Notes under the pieces: generated by a model
Told to the model about the DNA's origin: nothing
Seen by the model: the letters and a program-made list of their open reading frames with translations, nothing else
Databases searched by the model: none
Assembly: GCF_054482595.1 (NCBI RefSeq)
Contig: NZ_CM137008.1
Length of the DNA stretch: 64,000 nucleotides
Direction: 5' to 3' (one strand)
In this document: piece after piece, positions 36,798-48,107 of the stretch
Layout: every line of letters starts with the position of its first letter
Numbering within the stretch: position 1 is the first letter of the stretch
Translations under genes and position numbers: made by a program

Positions 36798-38462
36798 ATG
36801 TGTTCAATTTTTGGCGTATTCGATATCAAAACAGACGCAGTTGAGCTGCGTAAGAAAGCACTCGAGCTGTCACGCCTGATGCGTCATCGTGGCCCGGACT
36901 GGTCCGGTATTTATGCCAGCGATAACGCCATTCTCGCCCACGAACGTCTGTCAATTGTTGACGTTAACGCGGGGGCGCAACCTCTCTACAACCAACAAAA
37001 AACTCATGTGCTGGCGGTAAACGGTGAAATCTACAACCACCAGGCACTGCGCGCCGAATATGGCGATCGTTATCAGTTCCAGACCGGATCTGACTGCGAA
37101 GTGATCCTCGCGCTGTATCAGGAAAAAGGGCCGGAATTTCTCGACGACTTGCAGGGCATGTTTGCCTTTGCCCTGTACGACAGCGAAAAAGATGCATATC
37201 TGATTGGTCGCGACCATCTGGGGATCATCCCACTGTATATGGGCTATGACGAGCACGGTCAGCTGTATGTGGCCTCAGAAATGAAAGCCCTGGTGCCAGT
37301 TTGCCGCACGATTAAAGAGTTCCCGGCGGGGAGCTATTTGTGGAGTCAGGACGGCGAAATCCGTTCTTATTATCATCGCGACTGGTTCGACTTTGATGCA
37401 GTGAAAGATAACGTGACCGACAAAAACGAGCTGCGTCAGGCACTGGAAGATTCCGTTAAAAGCCATCTGATGTCTGACGTTCCTTACGGTGTGCTGCTCT
37501 CGGGTGGTCTGGATTCCTCAATTATTTCCGCGATCACCAAGAAATACGCCGCCCGTCGCGTGGAAGATCAGGAACGCTCTGAAGCCTGGTGGCCGCAATT
37601 ACACTCCTTTGCTGTAGGTCTGCCGGGTTCACCGGATCTGAAAGCAGCCCAGGAAGTGGCAAACCATCTGGGCACGGTGCATCACGAAATTCACTTCACT
37701 GTACAGGAAGGTCTGGATGCCATCCGCGACGTGATTTACCACATCGAAACCTATGATGTGACAACTATTCGCGCTTCAACACCGATGTATTTAATGTCGC
37801 GTAAGATCAAGGCAATGGGCATTAAAATGGTGCTGTCCGGTGAAGGTTCTGATGAAGTGTTTGGCGGTTATCTTTACTTCCACAAAGCACCGAATGCCAA
37901 AGAACTGCATGAAGAGACGGTGCGTAAACTGCTGGCCCTGCATATGTATGACTGCGCGCGCGCCAACAAAGCGATGTCAGCCTGGGGCGTGGAAGCACGC
38001 GTTCCGTTCCTCGACAAAAAATTCCTTGATGTGGCGATGCGCATTAACCCGCAGGATAAAATGTGCGGTAACGGCAAAATAGAAAAACACATCCTGCGTG
38101 AATGTTTTGAGTCATACCTGCCCGCAAGCGTGGCCTGGCGGCAGAAAGAGCAGTTCTCCGATGGCGTCGGTTACAGTTGGATCGACACCCTGAAAGAAGT
38201 GGCGGCGCAGCAGGTTTCTGATCAGCAACTGGAAACTGCCCGCTTCCGCTTCCCGTACAACACGCCAACCTCAAAAGAAGCGTATCTGTACCGGGAGATC
38301 TTTGAAGAACTGTTCCCGCTTCCGAGCGCCGCTGAGTGCGTGCCTGGCGGTCCTTCCGTCGCGTGTTCTTCCGCTAAAGCGATTGAGTGGGATGAGGCGT
38401 TCAAGAAAATGGACGATCCGTCTGGTCGTGCGGTTGGCGTTCACCAGTCGGCGTATAAGTAA
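36798..38462 (+). CDS. asnB: Asparagine synthetase B (glutamine-hydrolysing)
   Basis: 554 aa from MCSIFGVF (N-terminal Cys nucleophile after Met); ATG at 36798 preceded by ggaga; SGGLDSS PP-loop present. The ORF-track start at 36717 is an extension. Confidence 0.95.
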   Translation: MCSIFGVFDIKTDAVELRKKALELSRLMRHRGPDWSGIYASDNAILAHERLSIVDVNAGAQPLYNQQKTHVLAVNGEIYNHQALRAEYGDRYQFQTGSDCEVILALYQEKGPEFLDDLQGMFAFALYDSEKDAYLIGRDHLGIIPLYMGYDEHGQLYVASEMKALVPVCRTIKEFPAGSYLWSQDGEIRSYYHRDWFDFDAVKDNVTDKNELRQALEDSVKSHLMSDVPYGVLLSGGLDSSIISAITKKYAARRVEDQERSEAWWPQLHSFAVGLPGSPDLKAAQEVANHLGTVHHEIHFTVQEGLDAIRDVIYHIETYDVTTIRASTPMYLMSRKIKAMGIKMVLSGEGSDEVFGGYLYFHKAPNAKELHEETVRKLLALHMYDCARANKAMSAWGVEARVPFLDKKFLDVAMRINPQDKMCGNGKIEKHILRECFESYLPASVAWRQKEQFSDGVGYSWIDTLKEVAAQQVSDQQLETARFRFPYNTPTSKEAYLYREIFEELFPLPSAAECVPGGPSVACSSAKAIEWDEAFKKMDDPSGRAVGVHQSAYK

Positions 38463-38472
38463 GAAATGCGAA

Positions 38473-38505
38473 ACAGCCCCGGTGAAATCCGGGGCTGTTT
38501 CAGTT
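38473..38505 (+). terminator. Terminator after asnB
   Basis: acagccccgg tgaaat ccggggctgt followed by a T-rich tail. Confidence 0.6.
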
Positions 38506-38773
38506 ATTGAGGTGCTTGTTAATTCTGATATGCAGTAAGGAAATGTTCCGGGTTTGCCACATCACTGTTTGACAACTCATCACTGTAGGCCAGTATTTCA
38601 TAGATTAATTTCCCACCACTATTGTTGAATTCCGAATTTCATCCTGTACGACAAAAGAATGGCTGTAGGGTGGGGAAAAAACACAAAGTAAACAATAATT
38701 GACGAATATAGCGCCACGCTGTTCGCAACCTAACCAAACAGTCACTTTCGAGCAATTTTCCTTGAAAAAGAGG

Positions 38774-38802
38774 TTGACGCTGCAAGGCTCTATACGCATA
38801 AT
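38774..38802 (+). promoter_or_regulatory. Sigma-70 promoter of the tRNA operon with GC-rich discriminator
   Basis: TTGACG, 17-nt spacer, CATAAT, then gcgccccgc; about 40 nt upstream of the first tRNA. Confidence 0.6.
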
Positions 38803-38842
38803 GCGCCCCGCAACGCCGATAAGGTATCGCGAAAAAAAAGAT

Positions 38843-38919
38843 GGCTACGTAGCTCAGTTGGTTAGAGCACATCACTCATAATGATGGGGTCACAGGTTCG
38901 AATCCCGTCGTAGCCACCA
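38843..38919 (+). tRNA. metT: tRNA-Met (elongator, anticodon CAU)
   Basis: ggctacgtagctcagttggttagagcacatcactCATaatgatggggtcacaggttcgaatcccgtcgtagccacca; cloverleaf, CCA end. Confidence 0.93.
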
Positions 38920-38927
38920 TCTTTTTT

Positions 38928-39012
38928 GCGGGAGTGGCGAAATTGGTAGACGCACCAGATTTAGGTTCTGGCGCCGCAAGGTGTGCGAGTTCAAGTCTCG
39001 CCTCCCGCACCA
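38928..39012 (+). tRNA. leuW: tRNA-Leu (anticodon UAG), long variable arm
   Basis: gcgggagtggcgaaattggtagacgcaccagattTAGgttctgg...ctcccgcacca. Confidence 0.9.
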
Positions 39013-39035
39013 TTCACCAGAAAGCGTTGTACGGA

Positions 39036-39110
39036 TGGGGTATCGCCAAGCGGTAAGGCACCGGTTTTTGATACCGGCATTCCCTGGTTCGAATCCAGGT
39101 ACCCCAGCCA
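39036..39110 (+). tRNA. glnU: tRNA-Gln (anticodon UUG)
   Basis: tggggtatcgccaagcggtaaggcaccggtttTTGataccgg...accccagcca. Confidence 0.9.
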
Positions 39111-39144
39111 TCTTCTTCGAGTAAGCGGTTCACCGCCCGGTTAT

Positions 39145-39219
39145 TGGGGTATCGCCAAGCGGTAAGGCACCGGTTTTTGATACCGGCATTCCCTGGTTCG
39201 AATCCAGGTACCCCAGCCA
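39145..39219 (+). tRNA. glnW: tRNA-Gln (anticodon UUG), duplicate copy
   Basis: Same sequence as the preceding tRNA-Gln(UUG). Confidence 0.9.
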
Positions 39220-39234
39220 TCGAAGAAACAATCT

Positions 39235-39311
39235 GGCTACGTAGCTCAGTTGGTTAGAGCACATCACTCATAATGATGGGGTCACAGGTTCGAATCCCGT
39301 CGTAGCCACCA
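39235..39311 (+). tRNA. metU: tRNA-Met (elongator, CAU), duplicate copy
   Basis: Identical to the metT copy. Confidence 0.9.
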
Positions 39312-39359
39312 AATTCTGAATGTGTCGAATACGTTCGGCAAATTCAAAAACCAATTTGT

Positions 39360-39434
39360 TGGGGTATCGCCAAGCGGTAAGGCACCGGATTCTGATTCCG
39401 GCATTCCGAGGTTCGAATCCTCGTACCCCAGCCA
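39360..39434 (+). tRNA. glnV: tRNA-Gln (anticodon CUG, wild-type)
   Basis: ...caccggattCTGattccgg...; anticodon CUG, so not a supE allele. Confidence 0.9.
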
Positions 39435-39471
39435 ATTTATTCAAGACGCTTACATCGTAAGTGCGCCCAGT

Positions 39472-39546
39472 TGGGGTATCGCCAAGCGGTAAGGCACCGG
39501 ATTCTGATTCCGGCATTCCGAGGTTCGAATCCTCGTACCCCAGCCA
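39472..39546 (+). tRNA. glnX: tRNA-Gln (anticodon CUG), duplicate copy
   Basis: Same sequence as the glnV copy. Confidence 0.9.
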
Positions 39547-39553
39547 CATTAAA

Positions 39554-39584
39554 AAAGCTCGCTTCGGCGAGCTTTTTGCTTTTC
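39554..39584 (+). terminator. Rho-independent terminator of the tRNA operon
   Basis: aaagctcgc ttcg gcgagcttt followed by ttgctttt. Confidence 0.75.
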
Positions 39585-39596
39585 TGCGTTCATTCA

Positions 39597-39690
39597 ATGT
39601 CGAATGCGATGTTGACACGTCTTATCCTTCAATGTCGGATGCGACGCTGCCGCGTCTTATCCGACCTACGGTTGGCACGCATCCGGCAAT
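39597..39690. repeat. REP/BIME cluster between the tRNA operon and ubiF
   Basis: ttcaatgtcgaatgcgatgttgacacgtcttatcc / ttcaatgtcggatgcgacgctgccgcgtcttatccgacctac / gcatccggcaatg. Confidence 0.7.
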
Positions 39691-39699
39691 GTTGTAAGG

Positions 39700-40875
39700 C
39701 TACAACCCTAACGCATATTTCAGCGCCTGACGTTTCAACACGCCAGCACGCTCCGCCGCCATCAAACCAAGATTACGCACAAAACGCAGCGGCGGCAGAT
39801 TATTACTGAATCCGGCATAAAACAGATCCATACCACTTTGCATAATGAAGTTATCCGCCATGCGCCGCATCTGGTAACGCTTGAGGACAGGATAACTGGC
39901 CCACGCTTCACCGTAGCTGCGGGCATTCACCAGAACATCAATCAGGGCATCGACATCACGATAACCAAGATTCACCCCCTGCCCCGCCAGCGGATGGATG
40001 GTATGCGCGGCATCGCCCACCAGCGCAAGCCCCGGCTGCACATACTGCAACGCATGTCGGCGCGTCAGCGGAAACGCACCAGCGGCAAGCGGTGTAACGT
40101 AACCCAGACGCGACGGGAAATGCTTCGCGATTTCCGCCTGGAGTTGCGCCATATTCATATTCTGCAACTGGCGAATACGCGCCGGAGAGTCATACCACAC
40201 CAGCGATGCCCAGTTATCAAACAACGGCAGAAACGCACGCGGTCCGTCCGGGGTAAATTGCTGCCAGGTGCTGTCGCCGGGATCGTTCTCACACTGTACG
40301 CTAATCAACATACACGACTGCGCATACTGCCAGGCATGAACGCCAATTCCCGCCATCTGCCGCACCTGCGAATTTGCGCCGTCGGCACCAATCACCAGTT
40401 TCGCGCGGATCGTTTCACCGCCCTTCAGTTCCAGCTCCTGAAGATCATTATGGCGATGCAGCGCAATCAGCGAGCCTGGCACACGTAACGTTACTTTCGG
40501 ATGCGCTTCCAGCGCCTGCCACAACGCCTGTTGCAGGACGGTGTTTTCCACCATATAGCCAAGCAGCGGCAGCTTAAGTTCAGCGGCGTCAAACACCACA
40601 TGCGCCGTTTCCCACTCCCACGTTTCCAGTCTGCGGTAAGGATGGCAACGCATAGCCTGTACTGCATCCCAGACCCCTAACCCTTTAAGCAATGATACCG
40701 AAGCCGCGCTGATCGCTGAGATCCGCACATCCGGCTGGCTGTCAGCGACAAACGGTGCAGGTTCTGCGTGCTCGATCACCGTTACCGAAAATCCGTGCTG
40801 TGCCAGCCCCAGCGCCAGTGCGCCGCCGACCATTCCTCCGCCGACAATGGCAATTTCCGTTGGTTGATTTGTCAT
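39700..40875 (-). CDS. ubiF: 2-octaprenyl-3-methyl-6-methoxy-1,4-benzoquinol hydroxylase (FAD monooxygenase)
   Basis: 391 aa from the ATG at 40875 (MTNQPTEIAIVGGGMVGG, FAD-binding GxGxxG); the ORF-track start two codons upstream is a TTG. Confidence 0.9.
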   Translation of the reverse strand: MTNQPTEIAIVGGGMVGGALALGLAQHGFSVTVIEHAEPAPFVADSQPDVRISAISAASVSLLKGLGVWDAVQAMRCHPYRRLETWEWETAHVVFDAAELKLPLLGYMVENTVLQQALWQALEAHPKVTLRVPGSLIALHRHNDLQELELKGGETIRAKLVIGADGANSQVRQMAGIGVHAWQYAQSCMLISVQCENDPGDSTWQQFTPDGPRAFLPLFDNWASLVWYDSPARIRQLQNMNMAQLQAEIAKHFPSRLGYVTPLAAGAFPLTRRHALQYVQPGLALVGDAAHTIHPLAGQGVNLGYRDVDALIDVLVNARSYGEAWASYPVLKRYQMRRMADNFIMQSGMDLFYAGFSNNLPPLRFVRNLGLMAAERAGVLKRQALKYALGL

Positions 40876-41020
40876 GGTCAATCATCCTGTTAGCAATATG
40901 CTTTAAGTTTACAGGATTTTTACCCCTAAGGGCTGATAACGCTCATACTGGTCACAACGGCAGCAAAGCATTACACTATGCGCCCTGCATTCCTGGCTAC
41001 TATTTCGCAAGAGCAAGTCG

Positions 41021-42445
41021 ATGACCAAAAAACTCCATATTAAAACCTGGGGCTGTCAGATGAACGAGTACGATTCATCGAAGATGGCCGATCTGCTGGA
41101 TGCCACCCACGGCTATCAACTGACCGACGTGGCGGAAGAAGCGGATGTGCTGCTGCTGAACACCTGCTCAATCCGCGAGAAGGCTCAGGAAAAAGTCTTC
41201 CATCAGTTGGGTCGCTGGAAACTGTTAAAAGAGAAGAATCCAGACCTGATTATCGGCGTCGGTGGCTGCGTGGCATCGCAAGAAGGCGAGCACATTCGCC
41301 AGCGCGCCCACTATGTCGATATTATTTTTGGGCCGCAAACGCTGCACCGTCTGCCGGAGATGATCAACTCCGTGCGCGGCGACCGCAGCCCGGTTGTAGA
41401 TATCAGCTTCCCGGAAATCGAGAAGTTTGACCGTCTACCGGAACCGCGCGCCGAAGGGCCGACCGCGTTTGTCTCCATCATGGAAGGCTGCAATAAATAT
41501 TGTACCTACTGCGTGGTGCCTTACACCCGTGGTGAAGAGGTAAGCCGTCCGTCTGACGATATTCTGTTTGAGATTGCCCAGCTTGCTGCTCAGGGCGTGC
41601 GTGAAGTCAACCTGCTCGGTCAGAACGTGAACGCCTGGCGTGGTGAAAACTACGACGGCACCACCGGATCGTTTGCCGATCTGCTGCGTCTGGTTGCTGC
41701 GATCGACGGGATCGATCGTATTCGCTTTACCACCAGCCATCCGATCGAATTCACCGACGATATCATCGAAGTGTACCGCGACACGCCTGAGCTGGTGAGC
41801 TTCCTGCATCTGCCGGTACAAAGCGGTTCCGATCGCATTCTGAACCTGATGGGCCGTACTCACACGGCGCTGGAGTACAAAGCGATCATCCGTAAACTGC
41901 GTGCGGCGCGTCCGGATATTCAGATCAGTTCTGACTTCATTGTTGGCTTCCCTGGCGAAACCACCGAAGACTTCGAGAAAACGATGAAGCTGATTGCCGA
42001 CGTCAATTTCGACATGAGCTACAGCTTTATCTTCTCTGCACGTCCGGGGACGCCCGCCGCCGATATGGTGGATGATGTTCCGGAAGAAGAGAAGAAGCAG
42101 CGTCTGTATATTCTGCAAGAGCGCATTAATCAGCAAGCGATGGCGTGGAGCCGCCGGATGCTCGGCACCACCCAGCGTATTCTGGTAGAAGGTACATCGC
42201 GTAAGAGCATCATGGAGCTTTCCGGGCGTACGGAAAATAACCGCGTGGTCAACTTCGAAGGCACGCCGGATATGATCGGTAAATTCGTCGATGTAGAAAT
42301 TACCGACGTCTACCCGAACTCTCTGCGCGGTAAAGTGGTGCGAACTGAAGATGAAATGGGTCTGCGCATGGCAGAAACACCGGAGTCGGTGATTGCCCGC
42401 ACCCGCAAAGAAAACGACCTTGGCGTGGGTTATTATCAGCCGTAA
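41021..42445 (+). CDS. miaB: tRNA-i6A37 methylthiotransferase MiaB (radical SAM)
   Basis: 474 aa; CNKYCTYC radical-SAM cysteine motif. Confidence 0.95.
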   Translation: MTKKLHIKTWGCQMNEYDSSKMADLLDATHGYQLTDVAEEADVLLLNTCSIREKAQEKVFHQLGRWKLLKEKNPDLIIGVGGCVASQEGEHIRQRAHYVDIIFGPQTLHRLPEMINSVRGDRSPVVDISFPEIEKFDRLPEPRAEGPTAFVSIMEGCNKYCTYCVVPYTRGEEVSRPSDDILFEIAQLAAQGVREVNLLGQNVNAWRGENYDGTTGSFADLLRLVAAIDGIDRIRFTTSHPIEFTDDIIEVYRDTPELVSFLHLPVQSGSDRILNLMGRTHTALEYKAIIRKLRAARPDIQISSDFIVGFPGETTEDFEKTMKLIADVNFDMSYSFIFSARPGTPAADMVDDVPEEEKKQRLYILQERINQQAMAWSRRMLGTTQRILVEGTSRKSIMELSGRTENNRVVNFEGTPDMIGKFVDVEITDVYPNSLRGKVVRTEDEMGLRMAETPESVIARTRKENDLGVGYYQP

Positions 42446-42597
42446 TTCTCAGGCCTGCCGTTCCGGTGGGCCTTGTTTTTTCTCTCTTTATCCCCATCAT
42501 TATCGCAATGCTTGCGCCTTTTTCCTGTGGCGTGAATAATTTCCTTATAGGCCGGTGAATGTTCAGCTTCCGGCGGCATACAGATAAGAGGAACGGT

Positions 42598-43638
42598 TTG
42601 AACATAGACACTCGCGAAATCACCCTGGAGCCAGCAGACAACGCGCGTCTGTTGAGCCTGTGCGGCCCGTTTGATGACAACATCAAGCAGCTCGAACGCC
42701 GTCTCGGCATCGAGATCAATCGCCGCGATAACCACTTTAAACTGACCGGCCGTCCGATTTGCGTCACCGCTGCGGCAGACATTCTGCGTAGCCTGTATGT
42801 CGATACAGCCCCGATGCGCGGTCAGATTCAGGATATCGAACCGGAACAGATCCACCTTGCGATTAAAGAAGCGCGAGTACTGGAGCAAAGTGCGGAGAGC
42901 GTGCCGGAGTACGGCAAAGCGGTCAATATCAAAACCAAACGCGGCGTAATTAAGCCGCGCACGCCAAACCAGGCGCAGTACATCGCCAATATTCTCGACC
43001 ATGACATTACCTTCGGCGTTGGCCCGGCGGGTACGGGTAAAACCTACCTGGCAGTGGCTGCGGCAGTTGATGCCCTGGAGCGTCAGGAGATTCGCCGTAT
43101 TCTGCTGACTCGTCCGGCGGTCGAAGCCGGTGAGAAACTGGGCTTCCTGCCTGGCGATTTAAGCCAGAAAGTAGACCCGTATCTGCGCCCGCTGTACGAC
43201 GCGCTGTTTGAAATGCTGGGCTTTGAGAAAGTTGAGAAACTGATTGAGCGCAACGTTATTGAAGTCGCGCCGCTGGCCTATATGCGTGGTCGTACGCTGA
43301 ACGACGCGTTTATCATTCTCGATGAGAGCCAGAACACCACCATCGAACAGATGAAGATGTTCCTGACCCGTATCGGTTTTAACTCAAAAGCGGTTATCAC
43401 CGGCGACGTCACACAGATCGACCTGCCGCGTAATACTAAATCAGGCTTACGTCACGCCATCGAAGTGCTGGCCGATGTCGAAGAGATCAGCTTTAACTTC
43501 TTCCACAGCGAAGACGTGGTTCGTCACCCTGTGGTGGCGCGTATCGTTAACGCCTATGAAGCCTGGGAAGAAGCCGAACAAAAACGAAAAGCGGCGCTGG
43601 CGGCAGAACGCAAGCGCGAAGAACAGGAACAAAAATGA
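42598..43638 (+). CDS. ybeZ: PhoH-like ATPase YbeZ
   Basis: 346 aa from a TTG at 42598 preceded by aagaggaa; Walker A GPAGTGKT. The ORF-track ATG at 42559 would give 359 aa; the start is ambiguous. Confidence 0.85.
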
Positions 43639-44102
43639 GTCAGGTGATCCTCGATTTACAACTGGCATGTGAAGATAATTCCGGGTTACCGGAAGAGAGC
43701 CAGTTTCAAACATGGCTGAATGCGGTGATCCCGCAGTTTCAGGAAGAATCGGAAGTGACTATTCGCGTGGTCGATACCGCCGAAAGCCACAGTCTGAATC
43801 TGACCTATCGCGGTAAGGATAAGCCGACCAACGTGCTCTCCTTCCCGTTTGAAGTGCCGCCTGGCATGGAAATGTCGCTACTGGGCGATCTGGTTATCTG
43901 CCGTCAGGTGGTTGAGAAGGAAGCTCAGGAGCAAGGCAAACCACTGGAGGCGCACTGGGCGCATATGGTGGTGCACGGCAGTCTGCATTTGTTAGGTTAC
44001 GATCACATCGAAGATGACGAAGCAGAAGAAATGGAAGCCCTCGAAACAGAGATTATGCTTGCTCTGGGCTATGAGGATCCGTACATTGCCGAGAAAGAAT
44101 AA
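43635..44102 (+). CDS. ybeY: Endoribonuclease YbeY (16S rRNA maturation)
   Basis: 155 aa; HxxxH...H metal motif ([11 protein letters not shown]); start overlaps the ybeZ stop (ATGA). Confidence 0.93.
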
Positions 44103-44191
44103 TTTGCCAGGCATTTGACTGGCAGACGTCCCCGCCGTTGGTGATTAACGACGGCGTTTTGATTAACTAACATGAGAACCCATACGACGCC

Positions 44192-45070
44192 ATGAGCGAC
44201 GACAATTCACACAGTAGTGACACGATAAGCAACAAGAAGGGATTTTTCTCCCTGTTACTCAGCCAACTTTTCCACGGTGAACCGAAAAACCGTGACGAAC
44301 TGCTGGCGCTGATCCGTGATTCCGGGCAGAACGACCTTATCGACGAAGATACGCGCGATATGCTCGAAGGGGTGATGGACATCGCAGACCAACGCGTTCG
44401 CGACATCATGATCCCCCGCTCCCAGATGATTACCCTGAAACGCAACCAGACGCTGGACGAATGCCTTGATGTCATCATCGAGTCCGCCCACTCACGTTTC
44501 CCGGTGATTAGCGAAGACAAAGATCACATTGAAGGGATTCTGATGGCGAAAGACTTGCTGCCGTTTATGCGCAGCGATGCTGAAGCCTTCAGCATGGACA
44601 AAGTGTTACGTCAGGCGGTTGTCGTTCCTGAAAGTAAGCGCGTAGACCGGATGCTGAAAGAGTTTCGCTCTCAGCGTTACCACATGGCGATCGTTATTGA
44701 CGAATTCGGTGGGGTTTCCGGTCTGGTGACCATTGAAGACATCCTGGAACTAATTGTTGGTGAGATTGAAGACGAGTATGACGAAGAAGATGATATCGAC
44801 TTCCGTCAGCTGAGTCGTCATACCTGGACCGTGCGCGCACTGGCTTCCATTGAAGACTTCAACGAAGCGTTCGGCACCCACTTTAGCGATGAAGAGGTTG
44901 ACACTATCGGTGGTCTGGTGATGCAGGCATTTGGGCATCTTCCGGCGCGTGGCGAAACTATCGACATCGACGGTTACCAGTTCAAAGTGGCGATGGCCGA
45001 CAGTCGGCGTATTATTCAGGTTCATGTCAAAATCCCGGATGACTCACCCCAGCCGAAGCTGGATGAATAA
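44192..45070 (+). CDS. corC: CorC/YbeX magnesium/cobalt efflux-associated protein (CBS-pair plus CorC_HlyC domains)
   Basis: 292 aa recognised as YbeX/CorC. Confidence 0.92.
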   Translation: MSDDNSHSSDTISNKKGFFSLLLSQLFHGEPKNRDELLALIRDSGQNDLIDEDTRDMLEGVMDIADQRVRDIMIPRSQMITLKRNQTLDECLDVIIESAHSRFPVISEDKDHIEGILMAKDLLPFMRSDAEAFSMDKVLRQAVVVPESKRVDRMLKEFRSQRYHMAIVIDEFGGVSGLVTIEDILELIVGEIEDEYDEEDDIDFRQLSRHTWTVRALASIEDFNEAFGTHFSDEEVDTIGGLVMQAFGHLPARGETIDIDGYQFKVAMADSRRIIQVHVKIPDDSPQPKLDE

Positions 45071-45094
45071 AACCGAAACTGGATAGATAACTAC

Positions 45095-46633
45095 ATGGCT
45101 TTTGCCTCATTAATTGAACGCCAGCGCATTCGCCTGCTGCTGGCGTTATTATTCGGTGCCTGCGGAACGCTGGCCTTCTCTCCTTACGATGTCTGGCCTG
45201 CGGCGATTATTTCGCTGATGGGGCTTCAGGCGTTGACCTTTAACCGCCGTCCACTCCAGTCTGCCGCTATTGGCTTTTGCTGGGGATTTGGCCTCTTTGG
45301 CAGCGGTATTAACTGGGTCTATGTCAGCATCGCGACCTTTGGCGGGATGCCTGGCCCGGTTAACATCTTCCTGGTGGTGCTGCTGGCGGCGTATTTGTCG
45401 CTGTATACCGGACTGTTTGCTGGCGTGCTGTCGCGTCTGTGGCCGAAAACCACCTGGCTGCGCGTGGCGATTGCCGCCCCTGCTCTCTGGCAAGTGACCG
45501 AGTTTCTGCGTGGTTGGGTACTGACCGGCTTCCCGTGGTTACAGTTCGGCTATAGCCAGATTGATGGCCCGTTAAAAGGGCTGGCACCAATAATGGGCGT
45601 GGAAGCCATTAACTTCCTGCTGATGATGGTTAGCGGCCTGCTGGCACTGGCGTTAGTCAAACGCAACTGGCGTCCGCTGGTGGTGGCCGTCGTGCTGTTT
45701 GCCCTTCCCTTCCCGCTGCGTTACATCCAATGGTTTACCCCGCAACCGGAGAAAACCATTCAGGTTTCGATGGTTCAGGGCGATATTCCGCAATCACTGA
45801 AATGGGATGGAGATCAGCTTCTTAATACGCTGAAGATTTACTACAACGCAACGGCACCGCTGATGGGCAAATCATCGTTGATTATCTGGCCGGAGTCGGC
45901 GATAACCGATCTGGAAATTAATCAGCAACCGTTCCTCAAAGCACTGGACGGTGAGTTGCGCGATAAAGGGAGTACGCTGGTAACCGGGATTGTCGACGCG
46001 CGCCTCAATAAGCAGAACCGCTACGATACCTACAACACCATTATCACGCTGGGTAAAGGTGCACCGTACAGCTACGAATCAGCCGATCGCTATAACAAAA
46101 ACCATCTGGTGCCGTTTGGCGAGTTTGTCCCGCTGGAGTCGATTCTGCGTCCGTTAGCACCGTTCTTTGATCTGCCGATGTCGTCGTTCAGCCGTGGGCC
46201 ATATATCCAGCCGCCGCTGTCAGTAAACGGTATTGAGCTTACTGCGGCTATTTGCTACGAGATCATTCTCGGCGAGCAAGTGCGCGATAACTTCCGCCCG
46301 GATACCGACTATCTGCTGACTATCTCCAACGATGCGTGGTTTGGTAAGTCTATTGGTCCATGGCAGCACTTCCAGATGGCGCGAATGCGTGCGCTGGAGC
46401 TGGCGCGCCCACTGTTGCGCAGCACCAACAACGGCATTACGGCGGTGATTGGCCCGCAGGGTGAGATTCAGGCGATGATCCCGCAGTTCACCCGCGAGGT
46501 GTTAACCACTAACGTGACGCCGACCACCGGACTCACACCATACGCACGTACCGGCAACTGGCCGCTGTGGGTGCTGACGGCACTGTTTGGTTTTGCTGCT
46601 GTGTTGATGAGTCTGCGTCAGCGACGTAAATAA
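45095..46633 (+). CDS. lnt: Apolipoprotein N-acyltransferase
   Basis: 512 aa; N-terminal transmembrane region plus C-terminal nitrilase-like domain. Confidence 0.93.
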   Translation: MAFASLIERQRIRLLLALLFGACGTLAFSPYDVWPAAIISLMGLQALTFNRRPLQSAAIGFCWGFGLFGSGINWVYVSIATFGGMPGPVNIFLVVLLAAYLSLYTGLFAGVLSRLWPKTTWLRVAIAAPALWQVTEFLRGWVLTGFPWLQFGYSQIDGPLKGLAPIMGVEAINFLLMMVSGLLALALVKRNWRPLVVAVVLFALPFPLRYIQWFTPQPEKTIQVSMVQGDIPQSLKWDGDQLLNTLKIYYNATAPLMGKSSLIIWPESAITDLEINQQPFLKALDGELRDKGSTLVTGIVDARLNKQNRYDTYNTIITLGKGAPYSYESADRYNKNHLVPFGEFVPLESILRPLAPFFDLPMSSFSRGPYIQPPLSVNGIELTAAICYEIILGEQVRDNFRPDTDYLLTISNDAWFGKSIGPWQHFQMARMRALELARPLLRSTNNGITAVIGPQGEIQAMIPQFTREVLTTNVTPTTGLTPYARTGNWPLWVLTALFGFAAVLMSLRQRRK

Positions 46634-47029
46634 TCCCTTCTTATCGTGCCGGAATACATCCCATATTTCGGCACGCTCACCGGATGCGGCATCAGTGCAT
46701 TATCCGGATAACAATATTCTCCTATCCAACTTTGGCACATCTATTGCTTTGTTATACAAGGCAAAGCTTTAACCAGCATCAGTACAACCCGGTTGCACCG
46801 CAGCAATCCACCGGTAGCACCAAAAGAGTGCATTTTAAGAATTTTGCTTCGGAATGGTGCGGTGCACCTCGCAAAAACAAACAATAAAACATCAATATCT
46901 TTACATTTAACCAAACTAAATGTTACCTAACAGTCACAACACTGCACAATAAAGTTGCAGACGATAACAACACAAACACTCACAACGAGTATCCATGCGT
47001 TCTTAACGCAGAAGATAAAGGAGTTGGAT

Positions 47030-47938
47030 ATGCAATTACGTAAACCTGCCACAGCAATCCTGGCCCTGGCGCTTTCCGCAGGACTGGCACAGGCAGATGA
47101 CGCCGCCCCGGTAGCGGGCAGTACGCTGGACAAAATCGCCAAAAACGGCGTGATTGTCGTCGGTCACCGTGAATCTTCAGTACCTTTCTCTTATTACGAC
47201 AATCAGCAAAAAGTGGTGGGTTACTCGCAGGATTACTCCAACGCCATTGTTGAAGCAGTGAAAAAGAAACTCAACAAACCGGACTTGCAGGTGAAACTGA
47301 TTCCGATCACCTCACAAAACCGTATTCCTCTTCTGCAAAACGGCACTTTCGATTTTGAATGTGGTTCTACCACCAACAACGTCGAACGCCAAAAACAGGC
47401 GGCTTTCTCTGACACTATTTTCGTGGTCGGTACGCGCCTGTTGACCAAAAAGGGCGGCGATATCAAAGATTTTGCCGACCTGAAAGGCAAAGCCGTAGTC
47501 GTCACTTCCGGCACTACCTCTGAAGTTTTGCTCAACAAACTGAATGAAGAGCAAAAAATGAATATGCGCATCATCAGCGCCAAAGATCACGGTGACTCTT
47601 TCCGTACCCTGGAAAGCGGTCGTGCCGTTGCCTTTATGATGGATGATGCTCTGCTGGCCGGTGAACGTGCGAAAGCGAAGAAACCAGACAACTGGGATAT
47701 CGTCGGCAAGCCGCAGTCTCAGGAAGCCTATGGTTGCATGTTGCGTAAAGACGATCCGCAGTTCAAAAAGCTGATGGATGACACTATCGCTCAGGTGCAG
47801 ACCTCCGGTGAAGCGGAAAAATGGTTTGATAAATGGTTCAAAAATCCCATTCCGCCGAAAAACCTGAACATGAATTTCGAACTGTCAGACGAAATGAAAG
47901 CACTGTTCAAAGAACCGAATGACAAAGCACTGAACTAA
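47030..47938 (+). CDS. gltI: Glutamate/aspartate ABC transporter periplasmic binding protein
   Basis: 302 aa from MQLRKPATAILALALSAGLAQA (signal peptide); ATG at 47030. Confidence 0.93.
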   Translation: MQLRKPATAILALALSAGLAQADDAAPVAGSTLDKIAKNGVIVVGHRESSVPFSYYDNQQKVVGYSQDYSNAIVEAVKKKLNKPDLQVKLIPITSQNRIPLLQNGTFDFECGSTTNNVERQKQAAFSDTIFVVGTRLLTKKGGDIKDFADLKGKAVVVTSGTTSEVLLNKLNEEQKMNMRIISAKDHGDSFRTLESGRAVAFMMDDALLAGERAKAKKPDNWDIVGKPQSQEAYGCMLRKDDPQFKKLMDDTIAQVQTSGEAEKWFDKWFKNPIPPKNLNMNFELSDEMKALFKEPNDKALN

Positions 47939-47941
47939 TTA

Positions 47942-48095
47942 CAAGAACCAGGGGCGGAAATTCTAGCCCTCTCGATTGTTACGTAGCACGGACAGACTAT
48001 ACGCCTGATGGTCGTTCCCCATCGGGCCTGAAAACCGCAATACGCTGGGTAACAATCTTCGAGGGTAGCAGTTAACGCTGCTACCCTCTTTTTTC
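47942..48095 (+). ncRNA. sroC: SroC small RNA region (gltI-gltJ intergenic spacer) with 3' terminator hairpin
   Basis: 169-nt spacer ending in gagggtagcag ttaac gctgctaccctc followed by tttttt (48061-48095); the position matches where SroC is processed from the gltIJKL mRNA. Confidence 0.5.
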
Positions 48096-48107
48096 TGGAG
48101 TAGATTT

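Noticed and set aside
42559-42597. ATG at 42559 as the ybeZ start (359-aa form)
   Set aside because: The TTG at 42598 has a well-spaced aagaggaa ribosome-binding site and gives the 346-aa length I recall for YbeZ; kept as an alternative, not excluded.
46634-47029. Large lnt-gltI intergenic region as a possible hidden gene or sRNA
   Set aside because: Only short AT-rich ORFs and degenerate REP-like hairpins; most consistent with the gltI promoter/regulatory region. I could not support a specific feature.
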